Assembly (NCBI GenBank): GCA_049517335.1
Contig: JBEKSD010000020.1
Span: forward strand, 1 to 18,777
Direction of reading: 5' to 3'
Origin: Candidatus Omnitrophota bacterium
GTDB lineage: Bacteria; Omnitrophota; Gorgyraeia; Gygaellales; Profunditerraquicolaceae
Length of the DNA: 18,777 nt
Part shown: positions 10,180 to 18,716 of the stretch, in pieces
Position numbering within the stretch: the first letter of the stretch is position 1
Layout: every line of letters begins with the position of its first letter
Program-made: the position numbers and the translations under genes
The notes under the pieces: generated by a model
What the model was told of the DNA's origin: nothing
Seen by the model: only the letters and a program-made list of their open reading frames with translations
The model's database searches: none

Positions 10180-10240
10180 GGTCAGAAGCCTTAGGCTCTG
10201 CCCCCCCTATTTGTTCTAACCTTATTTTAAGAAACGTCCC
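10180..10240. repeat. Two palindromic-repeat motifs in the rpsA-tyrS spacer
   Basis: Hairpin GGTCAGAAGCC-TTA-GGCTCTGCCCC (10180-10204). AGAAACGTCCC (10230-10240) matches the arm of the 16346-16382 hairpin. Confidence 0.6.
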
Positions 10241-10248
10241 TGTTCTTT

Positions 10249-11790
10249 TTAAAACTTAGCCGAGAGGCCTATCTTTGCCTGCTCCACGTCAACCTTAATC
10301 ACTTTTACCTTTATTTTATCACCGGCTTTTAGTTTTGAAAGAGTATCCTTGTCTATTTCGCTGGAATAAACCAGGCCTTCCAGCTCTTCGTCAATCTTGA
10401 CAAAAACGCCAAAATCAGTGATGCTTACTACCTCGGCTTCCAGCTCTGTATCTATCGGGTATTTTAGTGCGATCTCACTCCAGGGATTAGGCATGAGCTG
10501 TTTTAACCCTAACGAGATGCGGCGGTTTTGCGGATCAACAGAGAGGATTAAAACATCAACTTTCTGCCCCTTCTTCAGCACATCCTGCGGATGGGCTACC
10601 CTTTTAGTCCAGGACATATCCGATACATGGATCATCCCTTCCAGACTGCTGTCTAATTCAATGAATGCCCCATACTCGGTAAAGCCGCGCACTTTTCCGC
10701 TGACCTTGCTACCTACAGGGTATTTAGACTCCGCATCCGTCCAGGGGTTCTGCTCAAGTTGTTTAAGGGAAAGCGAAATCCTACGTGCGTCCTTGTCTAC
10801 GCTGATAATCTGCGTTTCAAGCATATCTCCGATAGCAAACATTTCAGCCGGATTATTTATCCTCTTGGTCCAGGAGATTTCCGAAACGTGGACTAACCCT
10901 TCTATGCCCTTCTCCAACTCCACAAATACCCCGTAAGGAAGGATGTTCACCACTTTACCTTTAACTTTTACCCCGACGCTGAATTTACCTTCAATATTTT
11001 GCCAAGGATCAGGCAGCCTCTGTTTCAGGCCTAAAGAGATTTTTCCTGACTCACGATCCATATTCAAAATCATCACTTCTATTTTATCTCCGAGCGCCAC
11101 ACTTTCGGAAGGATGGCTTATCTTTGACCATGACATATCCGTAATATGCAACAGCCCGTCAACCCCGCCTAAATCAACAAATGCGCCGAAGTCAGTGATG
11201 GCTTTCACCGTACCGGGATAAATAGCGCCGATTTTTAATTCCTGCCAGATTTTATCCTTGGCAAAATCCCTTTCCTTCTGTACTGCTTCACGCCTGCTTA
11301 AGATTATACTGCGCCTTAAGTTATTTACCTTTACGATCTTAAACTTAAAAGGCTTGTATAATAAGTCCCTGTCCACGACGTTCTTAAAAGACGAAAGCGA
11401 TGATGGGAGAAAGCCTTCTACCCCCATAACGTCAACAAGAAAGCCGCCTTTTACTTTCTTTACCGGTTTACCTTCTACCAGCGTGCCGTCCTGAGAGTAT
11501 TTGACAATTTTGTCCCAGCCTTGTATGCGTATTGCCTTTTCCCGCGACAAGGTCATTACGCCAGCGTCATTTTCAATTGACTCCAGGTAAAACTCCAGCT
11601 CCTTACCCACCTCCAGCTCGTCCTTGGAGAACTCAGCTATCGGAACAATGCCTTCGGATTTAAAACCTACATCCACCAAAACTTCCTTAGCTTTAATCGT
11701 AACGATTTTCCCCGTCACCACCTGCCCCTCATGCATCACTTTAATACTTTGATTATACAATGCTTCCAATTCAGCTCTTGTGTCTGACAT
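10249..11790 (-). CDS. rpsA: 30S ribosomal protein S1
   Basis: Six tandem S1/OB repeats (DVGFKSEG, FGAFVDLGGVDGLLHITDMSW, YGVFVELEKGIEGLVHVSEISW, YGAFIEL...EGMIHVSDMSW, etc.). SD AAGGAG. Confidence 0.97.
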   Translation of the reverse strand: MSDTRAELEALYNQSIKVMHEGQVVTGKIVTIKAKEVLVDVGFKSEGIVPIAEFSKDELEVGKELEFYLESIENDAGVMTLSREKAIRIQGWDKIVKYSQDGTLVEGKPVKKVKGGFLVDVMGVEGFLPSSLSSFKNVVDRDLLYKPFKFKIVKVNNLRRSIILSRREAVQKERDFAKDKIWQELKIGAIYPGTVKAITDFGAFVDLGGVDGLLHITDMSWSKISHPSESVALGDKIEVMILNMDRESGKISLGLKQRLPDPWQNIEGKFSVGVKVKGKVVNILPYGVFVELEKGIEGLVHVSEISWTKRINNPAEMFAIGDMLETQIISVDKDARRISLSLKQLEQNPWTDAESKYPVGSKVSGKVRGFTEYGAFIELDSSLEGMIHVSDMSWTKRVAHPQDVLKKGQKVDVLILSVDPQNRRISLGLKQLMPNPWSEIALKYPIDTELEAEVVSITDFGVFVKIDEELEGLVYSSEIDKDTLSKLKAGDKIKVKVIKVDVEQAKIGLSAKF

Positions 11791-11805
11791 TTTAAATAAC
11801 TCTCC

Positions 11806-11837
11806 TTTTTATTTTAATTAATTTTTTATTTTAATTA
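11806..11837. repeat. 15-bp AT-only direct repeat in the rpsA leader
   Basis: TTTTTATTTTAATTA at 11806-11820 and 11823-11837 (period 17). Confidence 0.6.
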
Positions 11838-11880
11838 CTAAATACTATTTATAAATTACCAATTTAAAACTCCCCCTTTC

Positions 11881-12489
11881 TTAAGAGGATTTTGATGCCG
11901 CATCAACTGCAAGAAGCCGTATATCTTTTAAAATGTCTTGAGCGATTGCTTCATACGGTTTCTCTTTATCAATTTTTACCGCTGCTCCGAACTTCACCCT
12001 TATGCGGGCAAACTTAAAAAATTTTGCTCCCTTAGGAAGCGCCTTTTCAGTCCCTGAAACAAAAGCGGGGATAACCGTTGCCCCTGACTTTGCCGCCAAA
12101 AAACCCACACCCGGCTCTACTTTAGTTGAAAGCAGCACGCTAGCCTGGCGTGTCCCTTCGGGAAAAAGCGTAAGCACCCTGCCGTGTTGTAAGCGGTATA
12201 TTGCTTCCTTCATCGCGGAAATATCCGCGCTATTCCTTTTTATAGCAAACGCTCCTACCGCACGCATCCAAGTGCCTAAAACAGGAGCCTTAAATAATGA
12301 ATCCCTGGCCATGAAATCTATCCTTCTGGGGCAGGCGCAACCTACTGCCAAAGGGTCAAGGTAGCTTAAATGGTTGCTCGCTATAATTAGCCCGCCGCTT
12401 TCAGGGATATGCGCTCTTCCTTCGGTTTTTAACCAGAAACAAATCTTTAAGAACAAAAAAATAATAAAACGCGATACTTTATAAGGCAT
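11881..12489 (-). CDS. plsC: 1-acyl-sn-glycerol-3-phosphate acyltransferase (lysophospholipid acyltransferase family)
   Basis: NHLSYLD (HX4D), FPEGTR, VIP..V.GT. Start probably ATG 12489 overlapping the PGM stop (ATG 12507 is the alternative). Confidence 0.9.
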   Translation of the reverse strand: MPYKVSRFIIFLFLKICFWLKTEGRAHIPESGGLIIASNHLSYLDPLAVGCACPRRIDFMARDSLFKAPVLGTWMRAVGAFAIKRNSADISAMKEAIYRLQHGRVLTLFPEGTRQASVLLSTKVEPGVGFLAAKSGATVIPAFVSGTEKALPKGAKFFKFARIRVKFGAAVKIDKEKPYEAIAQDILKDIRLLAVDAASKSS

Positions 12490-13861
12490 CTTTAGGCAAT
12501 AGCTCATACCCTAACTTAAGAAGCTTATTTGCCTGAGTCAGGCTTTTTGCCTCGGCATAGGTGCGCATAATCGGTTCGGTGCCTGAAGCGCGGAACATAA
12601 GCCAGCTTTCATCCTCACAAATAAGCTTGATGCCATCATCATCCTTAACCTCAATGACTTTCTTTCCCAGTAATTCTTGCGGTAAATCTTCCTTTTTTGG
12701 CTCTACGCGCCTTGAAAGATGAAAGTCGCGGCGGACATAATAATACTTCCCGAATTGCTTCTCGGTTTCCTGCAATATTTTTAAGATATTTTTATTCCTG
12801 TAAGCCATCATTTCCAAAAGCAATAAGCCGGCCATAGTGCCGTCGCGCTCAGGGATATAATTTTTAACCCCCATACCTCCGGCTTCCTCCCCTCCGACGA
12901 GAATGTCTTCTCTCTCCATAAGGTTGGATATGTATTTAAAACCGACGGGGGTTTCATAAAGTTTCACCTTTAAGTATTTAGCGATGTTATCAATCATGGT
13001 GGTGCCGCAGATTGTTTTAACGATGCCTCCTGACCAATGCCTATCCTGATTTAAATGTAAAGCCAGCAAACCTAAAATCTTCTGCGGATGAATAAACACG
13101 CCTCCGGGAGCGACTCCCGCAATCCTGTCGGCATCCCCGTCTAAAGCTATCCCTAAATCAAACTTTTCTTTCTTTACCCTTTCTTTCAATACTTCTAAAT
13201 TTTCTTCAACAGGCTCAGGCCTGTTTCCGCCGAAAGAAGGATTAATGCTGTTACGCATAAATTCTATTCTAATCCTTGTACCTTTAAGCACTTCGGCGAT
13301 AAAAATGTTTCCCGAGCCGTACATGGCATCAACCAAGACTTTGAATTTTTTGTTTCTAATCTTTTTTAAGTCAATGTAGTTACGCATAAATTTTACATAA
13401 CTTTTGGCGAGATTAACCTTTTCAATTGTACCGCTGCCTGTATCCTTAAGCGCACTTTTGCCTAAGAGCCCTTCAACTGCTTTAGTGATTTCTTCTCCCG
13501 CAGCGCCTCCGGAAGAATTCTTAATTTTAAAGCCGTTGTATTCTGCCGGGTTATGCGATGCGGTAATCATTATCCCCAAGTCCATTTTTGCGCTTTTAAC
13601 GGCAAAACTTAGCGCCGGTGTAGGGATAGGCCGGTCGGAAAGCGTGACTTTAATGCCGTTATTCTTCAAGACCTCAGCGGTAATTGCGGCAAATTTATCC
13701 GACATAAAACGTGTATCAAAACCAACCGCGATTTTCTTATCCTTCCCTGCGTAATCGGAAACCGCCTGCGAGACAATTCTTAAGTTTGCAAAAGTATAAG
13801 TATCTGCGATGACCGCGCGCCAGCCATCGGTCCCGAATTTAATTGCTGAGTCTGCCTGCAT
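12479..13861 (-). CDS. Phosphoglucomutase/phosphomannomutase family (alpha-D-phosphohexomutase)
   Basis: FGTDGWR, ITASHNP (phosphoserine), DGDADR (metal loop), GGEEAGG, RASGTEP..R.YAE. Confidence 0.93.
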   Translation of the reverse strand: MQADSAIKFGTDGWRAVIADTYTFANLRIVSQAVSDYAGKDKKIAVGFDTRFMSDKFAAITAEVLKNNGIKVTLSDRPIPTPALSFAVKSAKMDLGIMITASHNPAEYNGFKIKNSSGGAAGEEITKAVEGLLGKSALKDTGSGTIEKVNLAKSYVKFMRNYIDLKKIRNKKFKVLVDAMYGSGNIFIAEVLKGTRIRIEFMRNSINPSFGGNRPEPVEENLEVLKERVKKEKFDLGIALDGDADRIAGVAPGGVFIHPQKILGLLALHLNQDRHWSGGIVKTICGTTMIDNIAKYLKVKLYETPVGFKYISNLMEREDILVGGEEAGGMGVKNYIPERDGTMAGLLLLEMMAYRNKNILKILQETEKQFGKYYYVRRDFHLSRRVEPKKEDLPQELLGKKVIEVKDDDGIKLICEDESWLMFRASGTEPIMRTYAEAKSLTQANKLLKLGYELLPKDAL

Positions 13862-14501
13862 TTCTTATCCTTTCTATCGCCCGTCTTACGTTGTCCGATT
13901 TAAAAATATATGAGCCTGCGGCCAGTATATTCGCTCCTGCGCCAACTGCTAATTTTGCCGTCCTCTCGTTTATCCCGCCGTCTACCGCTATATCCTTATT
14001 AAAAAGCACACGCAACTGTTTTATCTTTTGCACGGCTTTCAGGATAAACTCCTGCCCTGCAAAACCCGGATTAACCGACATGACCAAAACAAAATCCACT
14101 AGGTTCAGAATTTTTTTAACTTTTCCTAAAGGTGTCGCCGGATTTAAGGAAATCCCTAACTTTATGCCTTTCTTTTTTAACTTAGAGCTCAGGGCTTTGA
14201 GCTTAAGACCTGAGATAACCTCAATGTGCACCGTAATCATATCCGCCCCGGCATCGACAAAAGCATCCACGTACTTTCCGGGATTCTCAATCATAAGATG
14301 CACGTCCAAAGGAAGCTTGCTAACTTTGTGGATAAATTTTACCACTACCGGACCGATGCTGATATTCGGCACAAAATGCCCGTCCATCACATCAACGTGG
14401 ATTAAGTCCGCGGCCGCCTTTTCTATTTTCCTGATTTCCCTATCAAGACAACTGAAATCAGCGGATAAAATTGAAGCTGCAACTTTTATTTTACGCTTCA
14501 T
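13839..14501 (-). CDS. rpe: Ribulose-phosphate 3-epimerase
   Basis: SILSADF, HVDVMDGHFVPN, DVHLMI, MSVNPGF.GQ, VDGGIN. Confidence 0.96.
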   Translation of the reverse strand: MKRKIKVAASILSADFSCLDREIRKIEKAAADLIHVDVMDGHFVPNISIGPVVVKFIHKVSKLPLDVHLMIENPGKYVDAFVDAGADMITVHIEVISGLKLKALSSKLKKKGIKLGISLNPATPLGKVKKILNLVDFVLVMSVNPGFAGQEFILKAVQKIKQLRVLFNKDIAVDGGINERTAKLAVGAGANILAAGSYIFKSDNVRRAIERIRNAGRLSN

Positions 14502-15064
14502 TTATAAAGCTTCTTTCTCTTGATGTAAGCAAATACTCTTTCCGGAACCAGGTAACGGAATGACTTGTCCTTTTTTATCGCACTTCTGATCTCAAAAGCG
14601 GAAATATCCACTGCCCTTATGGGAAGAGTGGAAATGTAAGTTGGGATTTTTTCTAAAGGATAACCCGGCCGGGTGGCGGTAATAAATTTCACCATTTTGA
14701 TTATCTCGCCCAAATCCTTCCACTCATCCAGATACTTCAGCAGGTCAGAGCCGATTAAAAAAAACAATTCGTCATTTGGATAAAGTTTCTTAAACTCCTT
14801 AAGCGTATCAATGGTATAAGAGCGCCCCTGCCTCTTGATTTCAATATTGGAAACGGCAAAATGCTTATTGCCCTTTAAAGCCAGTTTCAACATGGCAAAA
14901 CGTTGTTGCGCCTGTGCTATGTCAGAATTATCTTTGTGCGGCGGCAGGTGAGCCGGCACAAAGATTATTTTATTCAGCTTGAGTTTCTCTCTTGCCTCTT
15001 CGGCTAAAATCAAATGTCCGGTATGGATAGGATTAAAGGTCCCGCCAAGAATGCCTATTTTCAT
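14498..15064 (-). CDS. nadD: Nicotinate-nucleotide adenylyltransferase
   Basis: GILGGTFNPIHTGH, PPHK, SYTIDTL, IGSD..W, ISA..IR. Confidence 0.95.
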   Translation of the reverse strand: MKIGILGGTFNPIHTGHLILAEEAREKLKLNKIIFVPAHLPPHKDNSDIAQAQQRFAMLKLALKGNKHFAVSNIEIKRQGRSYTIDTLKEFKKLYPNDELFFLIGSDLLKYLDEWKDLGEIIKMVKFITATRPGYPLEKIPTYISTLPIRAVDISAFEIRSAIKKDKSFRYLVPERVFAYIKRKKLYK

Positions 15065-15067
15065 AAA

Positions 15068-16330
15068 TTATCCCCTGACCTGCCCGTTCCCGAAAACCAT
15101 ATACTTATAGGTAGTTAGCTCTTCTAAGGCCATTGGCCCGCGGGCATGAAGCTTATCCGTGGAAATTCCGATCTCAGCGCCCATACCGAACTGATTTCCA
15201 TCAGTAAAACGCGTTGAAGCGTTGACATAAACACAGGCGGAATCTACCTGACGCAGGAACCTCAGCGCGTTATCGTAATTCTCAGTAACAATTGAGTCCG
15301 AATGGTGCGAGCCGTATTCATTTATGTGGCTAACCGCCTCATCAAGGCTCCCTACCACTTTCACCGAAAGAATCAAATCAAGGTATTCACTACGGTAGTC
15401 TTTATCCGTAGCGCGCTTTACCTTTACGGACTTGGCGATTTTTTTAGTCATCAAGCAACCACGGATCTGGACCCCTGCCGCATCAAACTTTTTAAGCATC
15501 CCCGGTAAGAACCTAGCTGCCGCATCCTTATGTACGAGCATGGACTCCATGGCATTACATACGCCCGGCCGCTGCGTCTTGGCATTAAAACAAATGTTCT
15601 CTGCCATATTCAAATCCGCCCACTCATCCACATAAACATGGCAGATGCCTTTATAATGTTTAATCACGGGTATGCGCGATAATTTAACTACCCTGTTAAT
15701 CAGCCCTTCCCCGCCGCGGGGGATGACCAAATCAATGTAATTATTAAGCTTCAAAAGCTCATCAATAGCTGCCCTCTCGGTAGTATCTATTAAATTAATC
15801 ACGCCTTCAGGCAGATTATGCGTCTTAATTACGTCGTTTAACGCTTTATAAATTGCGCGGTTGGAATTTATGGCTTCGCTGCCGCCCCTTAGAATCACGC
15901 TGTTTGAGGATTTAAAACATAAACCTATGCAATCCGAAGTGACATTAGGCCTTGACTCATAAATAATCGCGATAACGCCTATAGGACAGCGCACTTTGTG
16001 GATCCATAACCCATTCGGGATACGCCAAGCCCTGATTACCTCGCCGACCGGGTCCTGGAGTTTGGCAACCTCAAGTAAGCCCAGCGCCATATCATCAATG
16101 CGCTTATCTGTAAGTGTGAGCCGGTCAATCAAGGCAGAGTTTAATCCGGAAGCCTTGGCAAGGCGGATATCCTTATTATTAGATCTTAATATCGCCTCCT
16201 TACTTAAAGATAAATGCTGCGCCATATCCTGCAAAATCTCGTCTTTCTGCGTTGAAGGAAGACTGACCATGCTTCTGGCGGTACTTTGAGCGTTCTGCGC
16301 CATCTTTAACAATTCATGTTTTAGCGTCAT
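15068..16330 (-). CDS. proA: Gamma-glutamyl phosphate reductase
   Basis: PIGVIAIIYESRPNVT, IPRGGEGLI, VCNAME, NASTRFTDG.QFGMGAEIGISTDKLHARGPM. Confidence 0.97.
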   Translation of the reverse strand: MTLKHELLKMAQNAQSTARSMVSLPSTQKDEILQDMAQHLSLSKEAILRSNNKDIRLAKASGLNSALIDRLTLTDKRIDDMALGLLEVAKLQDPVGEVIRAWRIPNGLWIHKVRCPIGVIAIIYESRPNVTSDCIGLCFKSSNSVILRGGSEAINSNRAIYKALNDVIKTHNLPEGVINLIDTTERAAIDELLKLNNYIDLVIPRGGEGLINRVVKLSRIPVIKHYKGICHVYVDEWADLNMAENICFNAKTQRPGVCNAMESMLVHKDAAARFLPGMLKKFDAAGVQIRGCLMTKKIAKSVKVKRATDKDYRSEYLDLILSVKVVGSLDEAVSHINEYGSHHSDSIVTENYDNALRFLRQVDSACVYVNASTRFTDGNQFGMGAEIGISTDKLHARGPMALEELTTYKYMVFGNGQVRG

Positions 16331-16338
16331 CTCATCCT

Positions 16339-16387
16339 CTTAAACTAAGGACGTTTCTCAACCCTGCATAGAAATGTCCTTAAACTA
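16339..16387. repeat. 13-bp inverted repeat hairpin flanked by 9-bp direct repeats between proB and proA
   Basis: TAAGGACGTTTCT (16346-16358) / AGAAATGTCCTTA (16370-16382), 1 mismatch. CTTAAACTA at both 16339-16347 and 16379-16387. Confidence 0.8.
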
Positions 16388-17444
16388 TAACAATGTTGTC
16401 GCAATGGATTACCTCTTTATCCGAACGGCTTCCTTTTGTTTCATTCAATTCCCTGCTTGACAAGCGCGTCTTTCCCCGCGCGAATTCAGAGCCGATTAAA
16501 TCAACTAAGCTTACAATATCCCCAATACTAAAATCGCCTTCAATAGAACGTACCCCTACAGAAAGCAGGCTCTTTTTATTCATAAGTGCTGCTTTAGCTC
16601 CCGCGTCAACAATTATCTTACCTTTAGTCCTTGCGCTAAAAGCGATCCAGCGTTCCTTTGCCGCCAAAAGTTTAGCCTTAGGAATAAAAATCGTCCCGCA
16701 GGAAAAAGGATCATTTACGCAAAGAGCTAGCGCATCTTTTTTCTTTCCGTTGGCAATTACGCAGGGGATACCCGAGCTCACCGCAATTTTCCCTGCCTCA
16801 AGCTTTGTGAACATCCCTCCGACGCATGTCTTCTTTTTAGTCGGACAGACCAAGTCATAAATCGCCGGCGTTATTTCATCCACAACCCTGACTACCCTGT
16901 TGGCGCTATCAAGCAAACCATCAACGTCGGAAAGGATAACCAAAAGGTCAGCACCCACCAGCGTAGCAAGCAAAGCCGACAAACGGTCATTATCCCCGAA
17001 TTTTATTTCCTCGGTTGAAATAGTATCATTTTCATTAATCACAGGGACTGCTTTTAGTTTAAGTAAAGCAGAGAGGGTATTTTTTGCGTTAAGATACCGG
17101 CTGTGTTCATCAAAATCTTCCCAGGTAAGAAGTACCTGCGCGCAATTTAATTGTTCGGCTTTAAAAGCCCGGCGGTAAACATCCATTAATTCATGTTGGC
17201 CCACTGCCGCTGCCGCCTGTAAATGCGCAAGTTCTTTCGGCCGGGAGTTTAGCTTAAGCACGGACATGCCTAAGGCAATTGCTCCAGATGAAACAACGAT
17301 AACTTCTTTGCCCTGCTTCATCAGGCTGGAAATTTGTCCGGCTAATCCATCAACTAAAGCACAATCTAGCCGGGAGTCTGAACAAAAAAGGCTTGAGCCG
17401 ATTTTTACGACTATCCTTTTATAATGCTTCTGTGATTGCTTCAA
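16380..17444 (-). CDS. proB: Glutamate 5-kinase with PUA domain
   Basis: RIVVKIGSS, VSSGAIA, AAVGQ, INEND...EIKFGDND.LSA, GGM.TK, C-terminal PUA domain. TTG start with GGAGG SD. Confidence 0.96.
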   Translation of the reverse strand: MKQSQKHYKRIVVKIGSSLFCSDSRLDCALVDGLAGQISSLMKQGKEVIVVSSGAIALGMSVLKLNSRPKELAHLQAAAAVGQHELMDVYRRAFKAEQLNCAQVLLTWEDFDEHSRYLNAKNTLSALLKLKAVPVINENDTISTEEIKFGDNDRLSALLATLVGADLLVILSDVDGLLDSANRVVRVVDEITPAIYDLVCPTKKKTCVGGMFTKLEAGKIAVSSGIPCVIANGKKKDALALCVNDPFSCGTIFIPKAKLLAAKERWIAFSARTKGKIIVDAGAKAALMNKKSLLSVGVRSIEGDFSIGDIVSLVDLIGSEFARGKTRLSSRELNETKGSRSDKEVIHCDNIVIV

Positions 17445-18378
17445 TTAAATCCTCCAATCCCTCTTTTTTTAATGCCGAAATAGGGTAAATCTTTTTTTTG
17501 TATGCTTCCTTGAATCTTTTCAGGTTAGCTTTAGCCCCGCTTAAATCCATCTTATTGGCTGCGATTATCTGCTTCTTTTTAGCTAGCGCCCCACTATAAA
17601 CCTTAAGCTCATTGTTTATGCTACTATAATCTTTCAAGGGGTCCCTTCCCTCAAACCCGGACATATCCAAAAGATGCACCAGTATTTTGGTGCGCTCAAC
17701 ATGACGCAGGAATTTATCGCCTAAGCCGCGGCCTTCACCTGAACCTTCAATTAAGCCGGGAATATCAGCTATAACAAACGACTTATTGCCAAGGCGCACC
17801 AGCCCTAAAACAGGCACTTTGGTCGTAAAGGGATAAGCGGCTATTTTAGGCCGGGCGTTGGATATGGCAGAAATCAGAGTGGATTTACCCACATTAGGAA
17901 AGCCCACCACGCCTACTTCGGCGAGCAGCTTTAAATCAAGGAAGAGGTCTTTTTCTTCACCCGCTTCTGCGCAGGTTGCTTCCTCGAGCTTCCTGTGCTG
18001 ATTGCCTAAGCCGCCTCTGCCGCCCTTTGCTACAACTACTTCTTCCTGATCCTTATCTAAATCCCGCAAAATACAGTTGTTTTTTATATCGGTTATAACC
18101 GTGCCTACCGGCACACGCACGACTATCGCTGGAGCATCACTGCCTTTTCTCCTGTTTCCCGAACCATGTGTTCCGTGTTTACCGTTAAAATGGCGGTTAT
18201 ATTTAAAATCCAGCAGCGTATAAAGATTCCGGTCAGCCCTGACGATGATGTCAGCGCCCCTGCCGCCGTCTCCTCCGTCGGGAATACCGGAACGCTGGTA
18301 TTTATCGCGGTAGAAGCTATTGCAGCCTTTTCCGCCGTCACCGGCTTTAACGTAAATTCTGGCATTATCAATGAACAC
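17419..18378 (-). CDS. obgE: GTPase ObgE/CgtA (short form, no C-terminal extension)
   Basis: Gly-rich Obg fold (AGDGG.G, PDGGDGG.G), G1 GFPNVGKST, YPFTT, DIPGLI, NKMD, ISA. GTG start with SD AAGGTGA. Confidence 0.96.
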   Translation of the reverse strand: MFIDNARIYVKAGDGGKGCNSFYRDKYQRSGIPDGGDGGRGADIIVRADRNLYTLLDFKYNRHFNGKHGTHGSGNRRKGSDAPAIVVRVPVGTVITDIKNNCILRDLDKDQEEVVVAKGGRGGLGNQHRKLEEATCAEAGEEKDLFLDLKLLAEVGVVGFPNVGKSTLISAISNARPKIAAYPFTTKVPVLGLVRLGNKSFVIADIPGLIEGSGEGRGLGDKFLRHVERTKILVHLLDMSGFEGRDPLKDYSSINNELKVYSGALAKKKQIIAANKMDLSGAKANLKRFKEAYKKKIYPISALKKEGLEDLIEAITEAL

Positions 18379-18398
18379 TTAAACTTCACCTTAGCCCT

Positions 18399-18716
18399 TT
18401 AGCCTGTCAATTCAATCTCTTTTATCTTAAGCTTTGTCAACTGCTGACGATGGCCTTTTTCCCAGTGCGAAGCCTTGCGCCTACGGTATTTGTAAGAAGT
18501 AACCTTTTCACCCTTAATCTGCTCTAAAATAACCGCGGTCACCTTGGCTTCTTTTAAATAAGGAGTGCCCACCTCAATCTTTTTGTCTTTTGAGACCAAA
18601 AGGATATTCTTTAAGGCGATCTCCGTACCTTCCTGGCCAATAAGCTTTTCCACTTCAATGATTTCACCTTTAGCTACTTTAAACTGTTTTGCCCCAACTT
18701 CAACTATTGCATACAT
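18399..18716 (-). CDS. rplU: 50S ribosomal protein L21
   Basis: MYAIVEVGAKQFKV..G..I.VEKL, G.PY, KYRRRK....KGHRQ..T. SD AAGGAGGT. Confidence 0.97.
   Translation of the reverse strand: MYAIVEVGAKQFKVAKGEIIEVEKLIGQEGTEIALKNILLVSKDKKIEVGTPYLKEAKVTAVILEQIKGEKVTSYKYRRRKASHWEKGHRQQLTKLKIKEIELTG

Noticed and set aside
10166-10248. T-box riboswitch upstream of tyrS
   Set aside because: The spacer is only 83 bp, with no T-box consensus (AGGGTGGNACCGCG) or stem I.
10249-11790. Internal sequence repeats in rpsA
   Set aside because: These are the ordinary tandem S1 domains.
13843-14523. 226-aa plus-strand ORF, and similar ones at 8940-9392, 10397-10936, 12002-12364, 13404-13754, 16393-16860 and others
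   Set aside because: They are antisense shadows of well-conserved minus-strand genes, with no recognisable motifs.
18123-18389. 88-aa minus-strand ORF at the position and size expected for rpmA
   Set aside because: It lies almost entirely within obgE in another frame and has no L27 motifs (AHKK, GRDS, RLGVK, RQRG).
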